64,000 bases of DNA from Selaginella moellendorffii (GCF_000143415.4 NW_003314337.1:451234-515233), one strand, 5' to 3'; counted from the stretch's first letter, positions 34,733-47,430 are shown. The notes: generated by a model not told the origin, from the sequence alone. Translations and numbers: made by a program.

Positions 34733-35353
34733 CAAAACTGGATTTTTCCTCGCGGCTCGAGAGATCTGGCGTACTGGGTCGCCAAATTCTCAAGCCCGAG
34801 CAGCGCCCAAGATCATATCTCGCAGCAGCCCCCTACGTGCATCCCGACGACCCTCTTTTGTGAGTCTTTCACCCAAGTTTCGTCGTTGCTTCCTTCCGAA
34901 AGAGGTCTTTTCTCTTCTCTGGCCGGCCCGGCCAAAAAACTCGGTCTCGTCTGCTCGATTCTCTCGGCCATCTGGAGCCAACTCGGGGTTGCCGGGCCGG
35001 CACGACGGCGACGCAGCCACCCAGCACAGCCAAAACTTATGGCAAAGCTTTTTTCTCTTCTCTTCTTTCCTTGCAAAAACCTGGTGAGAGAAAAGCTCGT
35101 CACAAACACGAAACGACGACTGCATGAAACGAAACAAAATATAAAACTACAAAAAAGTCTTGCCTGTCAGCAGACTTGTTTTGTTCACATCCTTCCTGTG
35201 CTGTGCAACTGTCAACCAATCACACAACACACGAACTTATGGAGCTAGAATAACGAAAGAAAAGAAGCGAAAAAAACATCCAAACATAAAGCGTCCCTGG
35301 AGCGTAGCAGCAGCAGTAAGAAGAAAAAGCAGTAGCAATAACAGCAAACCTCG

Positions 35354-38300
35354 TCAAGCTTGCTGGCCGGTTCCAAACTTGGAGTTGAAGAGAGCTTTGA
35401 TGAGCGGTATGACCCCGATGAGAGCGATCTGGAGCTGCTCCGAGGAGCTCAGCCTAATAGTGATCTGCCCAGCTCCACGGTTATTTAGATTGCCGCGAGC
35501 CACCACCATTGTCTTCCCGACCATGAACTGCGACTGTAAGTTACCCCCGAGAGCCATATCGCCGTGCCAGTTCATCACCGACAGTCCACACGTCGAGAGC
35601 GATCGTCCCAGCGGGAAATCCTTGTCCCTCAGGCTGATCTCCACCGTGCCTCCATAGGCAGTGTCTCCCTTCCCGGTGAGCGCGCCCCCGTTCATCACCA
35701 CCTTCACTCTCCTCCCGATCATCAACCTGTCCTCGATCTTCATCCCGTAAGCCAGAGTGTCGCCGATCATCGTCATCGCTAGGCCGGCGATCGTCTTGTT
35801 CTTCTTGAAGTTGCTGAACCTTGTCTCGCTCCTCAGCGTGTAGGAGAAGTCCTTCCCCACCGTCTGGACGTCGAAACCGGCCTGCGACACCTTCCCTTCT
35901 CCGTGCTTCATCGATGCCGCGCACTCGAGCGTCACGTTGGCTTCCTTCTTGTCCTTCGTCACCTGGCCGCTGAGAGACGCTGGGATCTTGCCATACGTAA
36001 ACATACGCTCCATGTTGAAGCCATCGTAGCCGCTGTCACGGTCCCAGCCATGCAAGTCCATCACAGGACGCACAAGCCACTGACTTGCAGTTTCGAGGTA
36101 GCGGTACCGATGAACAGGATTATCGGAGTCGAAAGTAGGCGGCAGTTGCATATCCGGAAGTGGCACTGGGACCGGTGCCGACTTGTTGTCATCGTCATAG
36201 CCGTCGTCAACTGGAGCCGGATACTCTTCGGCAGAATCAGACGATGCCGCGCGTTTCTTCATCTCCCTGCGCCGTCGAATCTCTTCCTTCCACTGCTTCT
36301 TCTGGAAGAGCTTCTCCCTCATCTGCAGCTCCTCAAAGTACTCGTCCCTGCTCGATTTGTCAAGCTGGTCCAGCTCGTCCCTCGTGAGGCGTCTGAATGG
36401 AGGAAGTTCGTCGTAGTCTTCCTCATCAGAGTCTTCCACGTCCTCAATATCGTCATCAGTGTCGTCTTCGCCAACCGCATTCTCGTCGGAATGCTTCAGC
36501 GGAGGCCGCGACTGAAGTAGCGACGACAGCAGGAATGGAAGTGGCGGAACCTTGGACCGCATGAATGGCTTGCCGGGAGTGCTCTCCTGAAGTTTCAGGA
36601 GAGAATTCGCTTCCGCCAGTATCTTTGATGCGAAGCACAGTAGTAAAAGTTGAGGCTTCCAAACTTGTCCATTCGGAAGAACCCTCTCACCGGACCTGTT
36701 CGTTCTGCAAGCTGAATGATTCTCCACAAGCGACACCGGGTTCATAAGTCTCATATCACCCGCTGCTTGACGAATAGTTTGCTGAACAACGTGCGAGCGC
36801 TGTGCAACAAACATCTCGTAGCTGAGAGGAAGGCCGTTGGGTCCATCGGGAGGAGCCGAAGAAGCATGCGTCAGGACAACTATCGCGTTGAACCAAATGG
36901 CAGCTCCAAAAGTATCCGTGATAGTCCGTAGCAGTGGAAGATCACCATAGTCCCTGCTCTGCATGTCGAGCCTGTCAAAGTAGAGTACAATGTCTGGAGG
37001 AGACTTCTTGATAAACCGCTTGACAGATGCCATGATCTTCTCATTGTGGCGTTGATCGGCCACGGCAGGTAGCAGTCCAGGAGTGTCGATAACTCGCAGC
37101 TTGATTCCATGAACCGTGCCAGTAATCTCCTGCACCTTCTTCGTCGAGTATGCAAAAGCATTCGTCTCGGTCTTTGCCTCGTCGAAGAGAGAATTTATGG
37201 TGGCACTCTTGCCAACTCCAGACTTCCCAAGGACCATAATGGTGCAAGTAAAGTCCAGCTCCTCCTGGCCAGCTGCTTCCTGTTCCTCCGCGATAGCACT
37301 TGCTCTCTCAAAACGGAAAGCGCTATTCCTGCTTGAGCTGCGCCCCCCTCTCAACTGCTCGGCTAGGCCAAGCCTGTAGAGGACTTGTGCCACCACAGCG
37401 TTGTTCGCAGGCTGTCCCAGCCTCTGGGCGAGTCTCAAGAACTTCACCCGTATCATCTGCAACTTTTCTCGTGTTTCCACGTTCTCGTCATTCGGTTCTC
37501 CATTGGTGTCAGCGGCCTCAACAGCTGTTGTAGTTTCAGAGCCGCCAGAAGGATTGTGAGCAGCTACTTGAGTGTTCCGTGCTCCCTCAATCGAAGACAA
37601 CAGCCGCGTCGCTGTCGGTTTGGCAGGCAGTGAAGGACCGGCAGAACCAAGTGACGGCGTCTCAGTTGCCGCAGCAGCTTGAGCGAAAGCTCTCAACGCT
37701 GCACTCGTATCAACCTCTTCCTCTTCCTCCTCGTCAGAATCCGTCTCAGGCACTGGTTCACGCTCCTCCTGGGACCTTACTGCCTCTGCAGCCGAGCCAA
37801 TAACATCTGCTTCTCCATGCTTTTCATTCCCAGCTTCCTCGGGCTTCTTATAATCTACTTCTTCATGCTTTCCATTCTCATCATTCTCGGGCTTCTTATC
37901 TGGGAAGTAGTCCATGTCAGTATGAATAAAAACACCACAGGAGGAATAAAAAACTTTACCGTTTTCGATGCGATCAACAATGTCGCTTGGTTCCTTTACT
38001 GGTTCCTTTCCTGGTTCTTTTGGTTGTTCCTCTGGTCCTGCTTGCAGTTCCTCAGCTACTGGTCCCCCTTCCACTCTTTCGGTTTGAGGTTCCTCGTGTA
38101 CTTTCTCAGCTTCTATCTTCTCAGCTGGTTCTTCTATCTTCTCAGCAATCATCGGCTCGTCGCTTCCTTCGGGACCATCGTCGTCAGCTCCCAGAACCCG
38201 CAAGCCTTCCGCCGATTGAGGCTCCTCAATCGCTCGAGGCTCATCTTCGTCAGCTACCTTAGTATCAAAATCATCGGTACTCACTCGCAAGCCTTGAGCC

Positions 38301-38914
38301 GACTGAGGCTCCACCGCCTCGGGCTCCGGGTTCGTTTCCTCTTCTTCTTCTTCCTCACCATCCATATCTCCTATCTTCTCCACTGGCTCGTCAGCTTGCT
38401 CGGATTCCAAATCCTCGGTAGAGACCTTGGCCACAGGCATGGCGGAATCGTCAAAGTCCCCAGTCTCTCCAGTCGACTCCACTCCATTCTCACCCTCTTC
38501 GTCATCATCACTGCTGCTGCTACTGCTGGAGCTACTGCTGGAGCTCCCTCCTCTCTTATCCTCGGAAGAAAGCACTGCCTTGGGCATCACCCTGGCGGTG
38601 TCCGACTCCTCAATCACCTGGGCCCGCGGGCTGGCAGCAGTGTCAAAGCTCCCAGTGGAAGACCCAGCCATCCTCTCCAGCGCACTGTCGAAGCTCTCGC
38701 CGCTCCCAGTGCTGTCGCCGCCATCCTCCACATCCTCTGACACGGGCGCCCGGATTGGAATCGGCGACGACACCTCCTTCTCGCCAGGGAAATCGCTCAC
38801 GGCCGCCTCAATCTTACCCGGAGAAGCTGCCGATTCTTCCATGGCGGCATTCTTCGATTCCTCGGGCAAATCGGCCGTGGCTTCCGGAATTCCATCAGCG
38901 GCGGCCGGCTCCAT
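35354..38914 (-). CDS. TOC159-family (Toc132/Toc120-like) chloroplast import receptor GTPase, 1186 aa, intronless
   Basis: Acidic A-domain, AIG1-type G-domain (GKSGVGKSATINS, IDTPG) and M-domain (HRYRYLE, HGWDRDSGYDG). Confidence 0.96.
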   Translation of the reverse strand: MEPAAADGIPEATADLPEESKNAAMEESAASPGKIEAAVSDFPGEKEVSSPIPIRAPVSEDVEDGGDSTGSGESFDSALERMAGSSTGSFDTAASPRAQVIEESDTARVMPKAVLSSEDKRGGSSSSSSSSSSSSDDDEEGENGVESTGETGDFDDSAMPVAKVSTEDLESEQADEPVEKIGDMDGEEEEEEETNPEPEAVEPQSAQGLRVSTDDFDTKVADEDEPRAIEEPQSAEGLRVLGADDDGPEGSDEPMIAEKIEEPAEKIEAEKVHEEPQTERVEGGPVAEELQAGPEEQPKEPGKEPVKEPSDIVDRIENGKVFYSSCGVFIHTDMDYFPDKKPENDENGKHEEVDYKKPEEAGNEKHGEADVIGSAAEAVRSQEEREPVPETDSDEEEEEEVDTSAALRAFAQAAAATETPSLGSAGPSLPAKPTATRLLSSIEGARNTQVAAHNPSGGSETTTAVEAADTNGEPNDENVETREKLQMIRVKFLRLAQRLGQPANNAVVAQVLYRLGLAEQLRGGRSSSRNSAFRFERASAIAEEQEAAGQEELDFTCTIMVLGKSGVGKSATINSLFDEAKTETNAFAYSTKKVQEITGTVHGIKLRVIDTPGLLPAVADQRHNEKIMASVKRFIKKSPPDIVLYFDRLDMQSRDYGDLPLLRTITDTFGAAIWFNAIVVLTHASSAPPDGPNGLPLSYEMFVAQRSHVVQQTIRQAAGDMRLMNPVSLVENHSACRTNRSGERVLPNGQVWKPQLLLLCFASKILAEANSLLKLQESTPGKPFMRSKVPPLPFLLSSLLQSRPPLKHSDENAVGEDDTDDDIEDVEDSDEEDYDELPPFRRLTRDELDQLDKSSRDEYFEELQMREKLFQKKQWKEEIRRRREMKKRAASSDSAEEYPAPVDDGYDDDNKSAPVPVPLPDMQLPPTFDSDNPVHRYRYLETASQWLVRPVMDLHGWDRDSGYDGFNMERMFTYGKIPASLSGQVTKDKKEANVTLECAASMKHGEGKVSQAGFDVQTVGKDFSYTLRSETRFSNFKKNKTIAGLAMTMIGDTLAYGMKIEDRLMIGRRVKVVMNGGALTGKGDTAYGGTVEISLRDKDFPLGRSLSTCGLSVMNWHGDMALGGNLQSQFMVGKTMVVARGNLNNRGAGQITIRLSSSEQLQIALIGVIPLIKALFNSKFGTGQQA

Positions 38915-39175
38915 AGCTCAGCTGCTGCTCGATTGTCGTCGCGAGGGGCTGCGAATTTCTTCACGCCACCGGCGATGGCGGCATACCCTAGCCCACGAAA
39001 AAGGACAGAAAAACCATTTAAAAGCCCTAACCCTAAATTTGTCCTGCTCCACAGCGCATGGCTACCACCCGATTCGCCTTATCACGAACTTTGGCCCTCC
39101 TTATCGCGACGCCAGGTGCTTGCGTATCCACCGTCCGCCATAGCTCTCCAACTTAATAGCTCCAAAAGAAAAAAG

Positions 39176-39500
39176 AAAAGCCCATGAAAAAAATCAATGC
39201 ATTGCTTAGCTGAAAAAAGATATTTTTTGGATTAATTTGCAAGCCCATGAAAAAAGAAATAATTAATGCATTGCTTTTGGACTCGAAGAATTGTTAGAAT
39301 GATACATTGTTACAAACAAGTGTACAGAAAAGAACAAAAAAAAAAAGAACTTGGCTCCGAGAAAAAAATAAAGAAAAGCCCACGAAAAAGAAAAACTCAA
39401 AAGGCATTGCTTAGCTGAAGAAAAAAGAATTTTTTGGACTCGAAGAAATGTTAGAATGATACATTGTTACAAACAAAGTGTACACAAAGTGAGAAACTAA
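39176..39500. repeat. Local tandem duplication containing site II-like (TGGGCT) motifs upstream of the TOC gene
   Basis: aagccca...gcattgctt occurs three times; ttggactcgaagaa.tgttagaatgatacattgttacaaaca occurs twice. Confidence 0.75.
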
Positions 39501-39617
39501 GAAAAAAAAAAGAACCTTGCGAACTTTGCCTACCGGTTTTAGTCCAAAACTTCTTGGCTGGCCATCGCTTGAATGCTACGAGCTTGTTGACGAGGTTAAA
39601 ACTCTGTGCCGGGTTCT

Positions 39618-42036
39618 CTATCGTAGAGTGCTAAATTTCTCCACCGGAGCCGACTGCTCGAGCAAGTATGCGGCCTGGAAGCATGCAGCCGCGTCTTTGA
39701 GCCGGACCTCCTCTTCGTGGACGAGTCCGAGATTAAACCACGCGAGGTAGTTCTTTGGCTCCAAACGCAGCGCTGCCGTGAGGTAGCTCCTGGCAACCGG
39801 GAAAGCTTTGCTGCCGCTGCGCTTGAGCGCGCCTCCGAGAGCTACTTGGCTCGGGACGTGGTCGGGATCCAGGCACAGAGCGTTGTTATACGAAGCCATG
39901 GCCTGCTCCTCTTGGCCACGGCACTCGTAGAGATATCCTGGACGAAGAAAAAACGCAAGTTTTGGTTCTTTATGTAACGGAATAAAAAAACTCTATGCAT
40001 GATCAGAGTACCTGTCTGGAACCATGTTGTAGCAGGAGACTTTTTAAAAGCCTGTGCTTTTTCTAAGCACATCTCCGCGTCACGCCACTGCGACAGCGAT
40101 GTATAAACGCCGGCCAGATCTTGCCAAACTTCAACTTCTGATACGCTGTCGCCTCCATTCTGCGAAATTCATCATTCATGAAAATGGCTAGCAAAAAGAG
40201 AGAGAGAGAGAAAAGATGAAAGCGAAGGAGATAAGAGTGCCTACCTTGGAAGATGATCCAGTAGTTTTCCTCTGCGCCTGGACAAGAGCCAGCAGCAGCA
40301 TGAAAGTCTTGATCGCCTCGCTAGTTTGCATCTGAGCGAGCTGGAGCTTTCCTTTCGTCCGGAGGAGCTCTGCTTGCTCCCACTTTGCAGTTTCTTCCAG
40401 AGCAGCATTGATCACCACCTCCGCATCGACGTGTCGCTGTTGAGCGGATAGAACCAGAGCCAGAAAGCGCCACGCTATGATCGAGGAGCCGCCGGTAAGC
40501 TCAAGGAATGACTTTGCGCAGTCCAGTGCCGTACTGAGATCTCCTTTCTCCGCAGACTCCATGCCAAAGTCGAGAATGGCGTAAGGATCCTTTTTCTCGA
40601 TGGCAACTGCGTCTTGCAGCGTTCGTAGCGCGTCGTCTTCGAGAGCGCACCTCTCCGCGTCAGACTTGGCATTCCTGGCCTCTTTCCCAAGCGCAGCGCC
40701 GAGCAGGTGACGCGATCTCCCCTTGAGATATCCAAGCTTCCCTTCCGAGAACAGGATCGCTCTTCGGCCATATTCCACTCCGTCGCGAGTAAGATCCGGG
40801 GACTCAACGCACAGTTTTGCGGCCAGAAGAAGCGATGGAACGTCGTTTGGCCGCTCGAGGTGGCTGAGCGATTTCTTCAAGACGTTTACCGCTGTTTTCC
40901 CCTGTCCCGCGGCACTGTAGCAGAGAGCAAGGTTGTACCACCTATCGGATCTGCCATAAGTTCCTGGTAAAACTTCCTCGAACTGCTGAGCCAAGGCGTG
41001 CGACTGACCACAGATGGAAAGTGCGAACGAGAGATGTTCCATGATGGTGTAGTCCCATGGAAGCTTTCTCAAAGTGTTCTTCCGGAGGAGGATCTGGAAC
41101 AGGAGAATTGCCTCTTCTACGTTGTTTTTCGGAGTGAAAGCGCCTTCCACCTGTGCTGCTAAGCTCGGAGCTCCGGCCTCGACTCCACCATACAGCAGCA
41201 ACACCGCAAAGCTTTTCTGTATCCTTCCCGAGCACTCGGAGTCCAGGTTCCAGGGATTAAGTAGAGCTCGCCGGTACGCAGAGATGGCTTCCTGATATAA
41301 TCCCGCCTCTTTGTAGAGCTCCGGCAAAAGCTCCACAGCTTTGCTCACGATGTCTTGGAGCTTACTGCCGCTCCAACTTTCTGGAATCCCCTGCGGCAAT
41401 GCCGAGTCGATCGTATCCAAAATACTTCGGCATTCCTGAGCAGCATCTGGAGGAAAAAAACAACTGTCAACTTTCGAGAGCATTAAACAAAACTTCTCTC
41501 ACCGTTCAGGCGGCCGAGCTTCTGCAAGGACTTCGCTTTCAAGTAGATCGCCTCGAGCAAAAGGCTTGCAGCATGCAACGATATGCTCTGGCCGGATTCC
41601 GTCCGAGATCGCCCACGCCGGTGCCGGCCCCTCTCCGCGAGAGAGTGTCTCATCCTCGGAACAATGGTGGTGATATCTATACCGTCGAAAACTTGCAACG
41701 CGGCCTCCACATTGCCTCGCTGATACTCGAGCCTTCCCAGCAATGCTCTCGCTTCCTACATTCCAATGCCAAGTTCGTTCAAGAGGGCCTTCTTCTCTTT
41801 GGAAAAGCGAAAGAAAGAGCAGAGAAAAAATGACCGAGTACCTCGAAATTGAGAGACAAAGCTTCCCGGAGCGACGATTCGGCCTCCTCGATGTTGCCTT
41901 CGTCTAGCTTTGCCTCACCCTCCATGGTTTTCGCGGAGAGGCCGCTGGCGGCCGCGTCCATGGAAGCGTTCGCGGCCTCCGGAGAGCTCATGCTCTCCTC
42001 GAACATGAATTGCTCCCTCGAACAGTGGCACATCAT
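39618..42036 (-). CDS. NPG1/NPGR-like calmodulin-binding TPR protein
   Basis: MCHCSREQF start, EAESSLREALSLN, LGRLEYQRGN, FTPKNNVEEAILL, TPR repeats and C-terminal LEQSAPVEKF. Confidence 0.93.
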
Positions 42037-42410
42037 CTTCTTTTCTCTTTCCTCTCCCCGCGAGAAAAAAACAAAAGAGAGATGCCTCCAAAAAATTATA
42101 CTTCAAACTCGCTGGCTTGCGCCCAAACCCTGCGAGAGCAGCAAACGGCATAAGCCACGGCCAAGCCAGCTTCATTCATGGCGCTGGGAGAATGAAGCTT
42201 TTGGTCCCACATTGCGGTCGTAGCGACGCCATACCTCGACATTGCGTTGGCGCAATCGGCTCGCTCCTCGCAGCTCCTCCATGGCGTCACGATTGAGGAA
42301 CGAAGCCGCCATAGCCGTCGCCCGCCGCACCATCGCACGGAAGAAAGATTAGCTTAATCCATTAGGTCAAAAGTGTTCGTTGCAAGGTGAGCTTTAGGGC
42401 AGAGCGAGGT

Positions 42411-42482
42411 GGTCCTATGGTCTAGTGGTCATGACTTTGGATTCTGACTCCAACAATCTGAGTTCAAATCTCAGTAGGACCT
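42411..42482 (+). tRNA. tRNA-Gln (anticodon CTG), sequence variant
   Basis: Acceptor stem GGTCCTA/TAGGACC, anticodon stem TTGGA/TCCAA with loop TTCTGAC, T-arm CTGAG-TTCAAAT-CTCAG. Confidence 0.85.
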
Positions 42483-42489
42483 TTATTCC

Positions 42490-43930
42490 TAACATTATTT
42501 TAGGGTGAAAGATTGATTACCTTATACAAAATAATATAATGTATATAATGTATATAATCTTTATGAAATATATAATGGATATCAATTATATATATATATA
42601 GAAATTAACCACCTCTTTTTCAATTTTTATTTAATAAATATATTTAATTTATTTTGTAGTCAAGGAAAATACTTGTAAAAGAAGCATTTTATGTATCTAA
42701 TAATTAATGCAAGAGTACAACACTAAGCCAATAACTAATACTTTACTCTTAAGGGTAAGGATTTTTTAAATTATGAACTTTAACTTACAATAAGCTATAT
42801 TTGATGCTAAGATATTTTCTCTTGATAAAACATGATTAAACCATTGATAGATTCATATGTTCAACAGTTAGTTTATATATTTTTATACTTTGATTATCTG
42901 TCTTTTCTTTTAAAATAAATATAGTATTTAAAGCCAAAAACAAAATCTTAATAAAATCTTCTTAGAATAATATGTTGTTAGGGTTACATTAAGCAATGTT
43001 ATTGAAGTTATTTTTAAATACAAAAGCTCTATTTATAAATGTAATTTATTATTAATTTCTTTAGTCTCTTTAATTTTAGTTATTTTGTTAGAGGTGGTAC
43101 CACATAATCTATTATAAATATCTTTCATTATTAAAAATAGATATTTGATCTAGATTTGGTAATAGCAAAAATTTGTTACAATAACCTTGATGGAAAATAA
43201 ATATTTTTAAAATTTTCAAATTTTTTAAAATAACAAGAGTCTTTCATAAAACAAGATTAAATTTAAGATAAATATTTCTCATTATTATTAAATCCAAAAA
43301 GGATAAAATAGTTTCTCTATAGCTATTAATTTTAAGTTATAATCTATTTACATAACCATCAAATTGGTTTAAGTAGTAAATTTATCAGTAATATAAAATT
43401 TGTTTTTTAATTATTTTATAAATTTTTAATGTTTTATAAGGTTTATTTATTATCAAAATAGTTTTAGATTTTACCAATTTATAAACATTTTTAAAATTTA
43501 TAAATTTATTATAAATTTCTTTTATCAAATGATGAAGGAATCCTTTCATTATCATATTAACTATGAAAGTGTTTGAAAATGAAATGTTACTCCTTATTAT
43601 ACACACTTATTTAAAGTAATAGTTATTCTTCTATTTGCAAATAAAATATTTATTATATTATTTTTTGATTTTAACCTAGAATTAATTAATTATCTATCTT
43701 TTTCTATTTTAACTTTACATAATAATTTATAAGGTGTATAAAAATATGTAACTATTTCGCTAGATTGCTCCATGAATGTCCAAAGAAAGTGAAAGAGCCT
43801 TTGTATTCTCACAATTGCAATTTCACTCCATTGAAATGTTGTATAAAGCAAATTCTCAGATTGAGTTGGGATCAAGAAAAGTTTGAGAAAGATAAGCACT
43901 AATTAGTGGTTTATAATAATCAAAAGTTCT
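42490..43930. mobile_element. Extremely AT-rich, CpG-depleted island, probably a heavily decayed transposon
   Basis: Abrupt composition switch between GC-rich genes. Almost no CG dinucleotides and no credible ORF. Confidence 0.45.
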
Positions 43931-43978
43931 TTCCCTTTGCACTTGAGCCCTAGCTCGCTAGGGCAACTCCATTCGGCC

Positions 43979-45967
43979 ATGAGCAGGCTTGTGGCAGCTG
44001 CCGCGCGGCGGGCCGCCCGCTGGAACTCCAGGTTTGCGTCCTCCTCCGCCGCCGCCGCCTCGCTCACCATCCCCGATGAGCGGTTCACTCGCTTCAACTC
44101 GCCCGTCCCTAGCACCGTGGATCACAGCAGCATCCTCGCCACGCCCCCGACGCGCATCACCACGCTCTCCAATGGCCTGCGCGTCGCCACCGAGTCGAAT
44201 ATGGCAGCTGAGACCGCCACGGTCGGGGTGTGGATCGATGCGGGCAGCCGATTCGAGACGGATGCTACCAATGGCACCGCCCATTTCTTGGAGCATATGA
44301 TCTTCAAGGGGACCAAGAAGAGGAGTATGCAAAAGCTGGAGGAGGAGATCGAGAATATGGGAGGCCATCTCAATGCCTACACCTCGCGCGAGCAGACCAC
44401 GTACTACGCCAAGGTTCTCAAGAAGGATGTGCCGGTCGCCGTGGATATCTTGGCCGACATTCTCCAAAACTCCAACTTTGACGAGGACAGGATCGCGCGA
44501 GAGAGGAATGTGATTCTCCGGGAGATGAAAGAGGTAAAGAGGCTCTTTTCTTTTTCTTCTTTCTTTCGTTTCTCTGAGTGCTTTTTTTCTTCCTTTCTTG
44601 TTCTTGATCAGGTCGAAGGGCAGATGGAGGAAGTGGTGTTTGATCACTTGCATGCTACTGCCTTCCAGTACAGTCCTCTGGGCCGGACAATCCTTGGACC
44701 CGAGGAGAACATCCGCTCCATCACGAAGGAAGATCTGGAGAACTATATTTCGACGCATTACACAGGGCCACGCATGGTAAAATCTCTGTCTGGGGTTCTT
44801 GTTTCATTGATCTTGTCTTCTTTTCAGGTTGTCTCTGCTGCTGGCGCTGTGAATCACGATGCCCTCGTCCGGGATGTTGAGAGGCTGTTTGGCTCGCTTC
44901 CAAGCGACGGCACCACAGCGGCCGATCTCGTCGAGAAAGAACCAGCTTTCTTTACTGGGTCCGACGTAAGTTTTGTCAAACTTGTTGTAGGCTCCTGCTG
45001 ACATTTTCTTGTTTTGTTCTTACAGGTGAGGTTTAGAGACGATGATATTCCACTGGCGTATGTTGCGATTGCTGTCAAGGGAGCCTCATGGACCGACCCG
45101 GATTCCATTCCCTTGATGGTTATGCAGACGATGCTTGGCTCATGGAATAAGAATTCCGGAGCTGGGAAGCATATGGGGTATGTATCTGTGATGATTGAGT
45201 CCACTCTTTCAACTTTTCCGATTGTACAGGTCAGAAATGGCCCAAAAGGTGTCAGCGAACAATATCGCGGAGAGTATCATGGCATTCAACACAAACTACA
45301 GTGACTCGGGATTATTTGGAGTCTACGCTGTTGCAAAGGTTTGTTTTTTCTTTCTTTTTTTTTTTTGTTCTCGTTTCAGTTTTTTTGGAACGCTCTTAAT
45401 TTCCTTCCTTGACCTCTCCAGCCAGACGTTTTGGACGACCTTGCATGGGTAATCACGCGAGAGATGACCCATATGGTCTACCATGTTCGCGAGGATGACG
45501 TGATTCGTGCTAGAAACCAGGTTGGTTTTCCTCAAAAGTCCTTCAGAAGCACGATTTAGTTCTAACGACACCGTGGTTCGGGATGGATGCAGCTCAAGGC
45601 CTGCCTGTTACTTCACCTCGATGGTACCAGTCCCATCGCCGAGGACATTGGACGCCAGGTACTTCCTCGCGCGAAAACAAAAAATGCTGACTCCAGTGTC
45701 CGTAACTTTTGCAGATACTCACGTATGGTCGTAGAATTCCCCTGGCGGAATTATTCGCCAGGATCGATGCTGTGGATGCGGCGACGGTGAGGAGAGTTGC
45801 GGAGCGTTTCATCTACGATCAGGTTCGTGAAAGTCATTGGTTTTCCTTTTGGGTTTCAACTAAAGGTGAGAGTTTCCCAGGACTTGGCTGTTGCTGCCGT
45901 GGGATCGCTGCAAATTCTTCCGGATTACCACTGGCTGCGCCGCCGGACATACTGGCTGCGATACTGA
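43979..45967 (+). CDS. MPPbeta: Mitochondrial processing peptidase beta subunit (M16)
   Basis: Presequence, [44 protein letters not shown]|ILTYGRR and C-terminal RRRTYWLRY*. Confidence 0.96.
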
Positions 45968-46557
45968 GATCATGACGAGAGAGGCCACCACATTGTATGG
46001 ATGTATCGTGGGAATAACGACGACGAACTGAGAGAAAAATTTAAGATGGAGAGAGAGCTAAGCTAATTGTATGTGTTCCTGGAATTTTGGACAATGGGAG
46101 AACTTAAATAAGCGGATCTTTCACTATGTGGCCGGTGTATATTCCGTCTGAGTAACCGTTCGGTCTGGCGGACGGAATGGAATGGAATGGAATGGACCAC
46201 TCTTGTTTATTTGAGCTGCCACTTTGTTTTTTCGGGCTTGTCTAGCGTCAGGGAAAAAAAGGCGCTGTTTGATCGACACAGTCTAGGAAATCGAGAGAGG
46301 AGAGCGAGCATGGAAGAATCGATTTGAGTGGCTTGGGAGCTACTGGATTGCCTGCCAAGCAAGGCCGCTTAAATCGCGAGCTGGTTCTTGATTGATCAAT
46401 CGTTTCCAGGAAAAAAAGTTCACTTTTTCTCTCGAAAATCTTTGTAGAGCTCTTCTTGGGTTCTTTGATCAATCGCCTCAAGTTCCTTCCTTGATTCACA
46501 GCAACGGAAAAGAAAAGCTTTTCTCTCTGGGAAGAGAAAAAGAGGAGCTCGCTAGCT

Positions 46558-47430
46558 ATGGGGGTGGCACCGATGATTGCCGGCGGGGGCCGGCCGAGAT
46601 CGGTCAAGATGGTAGATTTGAGCAAGCAGGACAACATAATCGACGAGCCCACCAGCGTCCACTGCGAGAAGGACGTCAAGTGCTGGAGATCTCTCGCCTC
46701 GATGCTGGGCTCTCTCGTGATCCCCTGCTGCTGTGGCTGCAAGCTCCAATTCGAGACCAAGATCCGGAGCTCCTCCACCTCCTCCTCCTCCTCCGCCACC
46801 ACCACCACATCCCCTCCAATCTCCTCCAATTCCTCCTCCAAGGACCACGATTCCTCCTCCAAGCGATCCTCCTCGGTCGTCACCGGCACCATCTTTGGCC
46901 AGCGCAAAGGCAAGGTGGTGATGAGCATCCAGGAGGATCCCCGCGAGCCGCCCGTGATGCTCCTGGAGCTGGCCATGCCCACCGTCCTCCTCGTCAAGGA
47001 GATGTCCTCGGGGCTCCTCCGGATCGCGATGGAATGCGAGAAGAGGCACGAATCATCAAACGAGCCATGCTCGCCAAGGAAGAAGAATCACCGCCACCAC
47101 CAGCGCGACCGGCATCTCTACTCGGAGCCAGTGTGGACGATGTACTGCAATGGGCGCAAGGTTGGATTCGCGGTGAGGAGGCCCTTCACGGAGCCCGACA
47201 GGGCCGTGCTGGGATTGATGCAATCGGTCTCGATGGGCGCTGGAGTGATCCCCGTCCAGAGCTCCTCCGGGGATCCCGCGGGTTCGGATGATCAGGAATT
47301 GGACGAGCTCATGTACATGCGCGCTACGTACGAGCGAGTAGTGGGATCCGCGGACTCGGAGTCGTTCCACATGATCAATCCGGATGGCTCCCCAGGCCAG
47401 GAGCTCAGCATTTTCCTCCTCCGAGCCTAG
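46558..47430 (+). CDS. MIZU-KUSSEI1-like DUF617 protein
   Basis: VTGTIFGQRKGKV, LLELAMPT..LVKEM.SGLLRIAMEC, WTMYCNGRKVG, SMGAGV, ELSIFLLR. Confidence 0.95.
   Translation: MGVAPMIAGGGRPRSVKMVDLSKQDNIIDEPTSVHCEKDVKCWRSLASMLGSLVIPCCCGCKLQFETKIRSSSTSSSSSATTTTSPPISSNSSSKDHDSSSKRSSSVVTGTIFGQRKGKVVMSIQEDPREPPVMLLELAMPTVLLVKEMSSGLLRIAMECEKRHESSNEPCSPRKKNHRHHQRDRHLYSEPVWTMYCNGRKVGFAVRRPFTEPDRAVLGLMQSVSMGAGVIPVQSSSGDPAGSDDQELDELMYMRATYERVVGSADSESFHMINPDGSPGQELSIFLLRA

Noticed and set aside
46174-46196. (GGAAT)n, plus other microsatellites at ~29848 (TC), ~47428 (AGA) and ~49317 (CAT)
   Set aside because: Ordinary short simple repeats.
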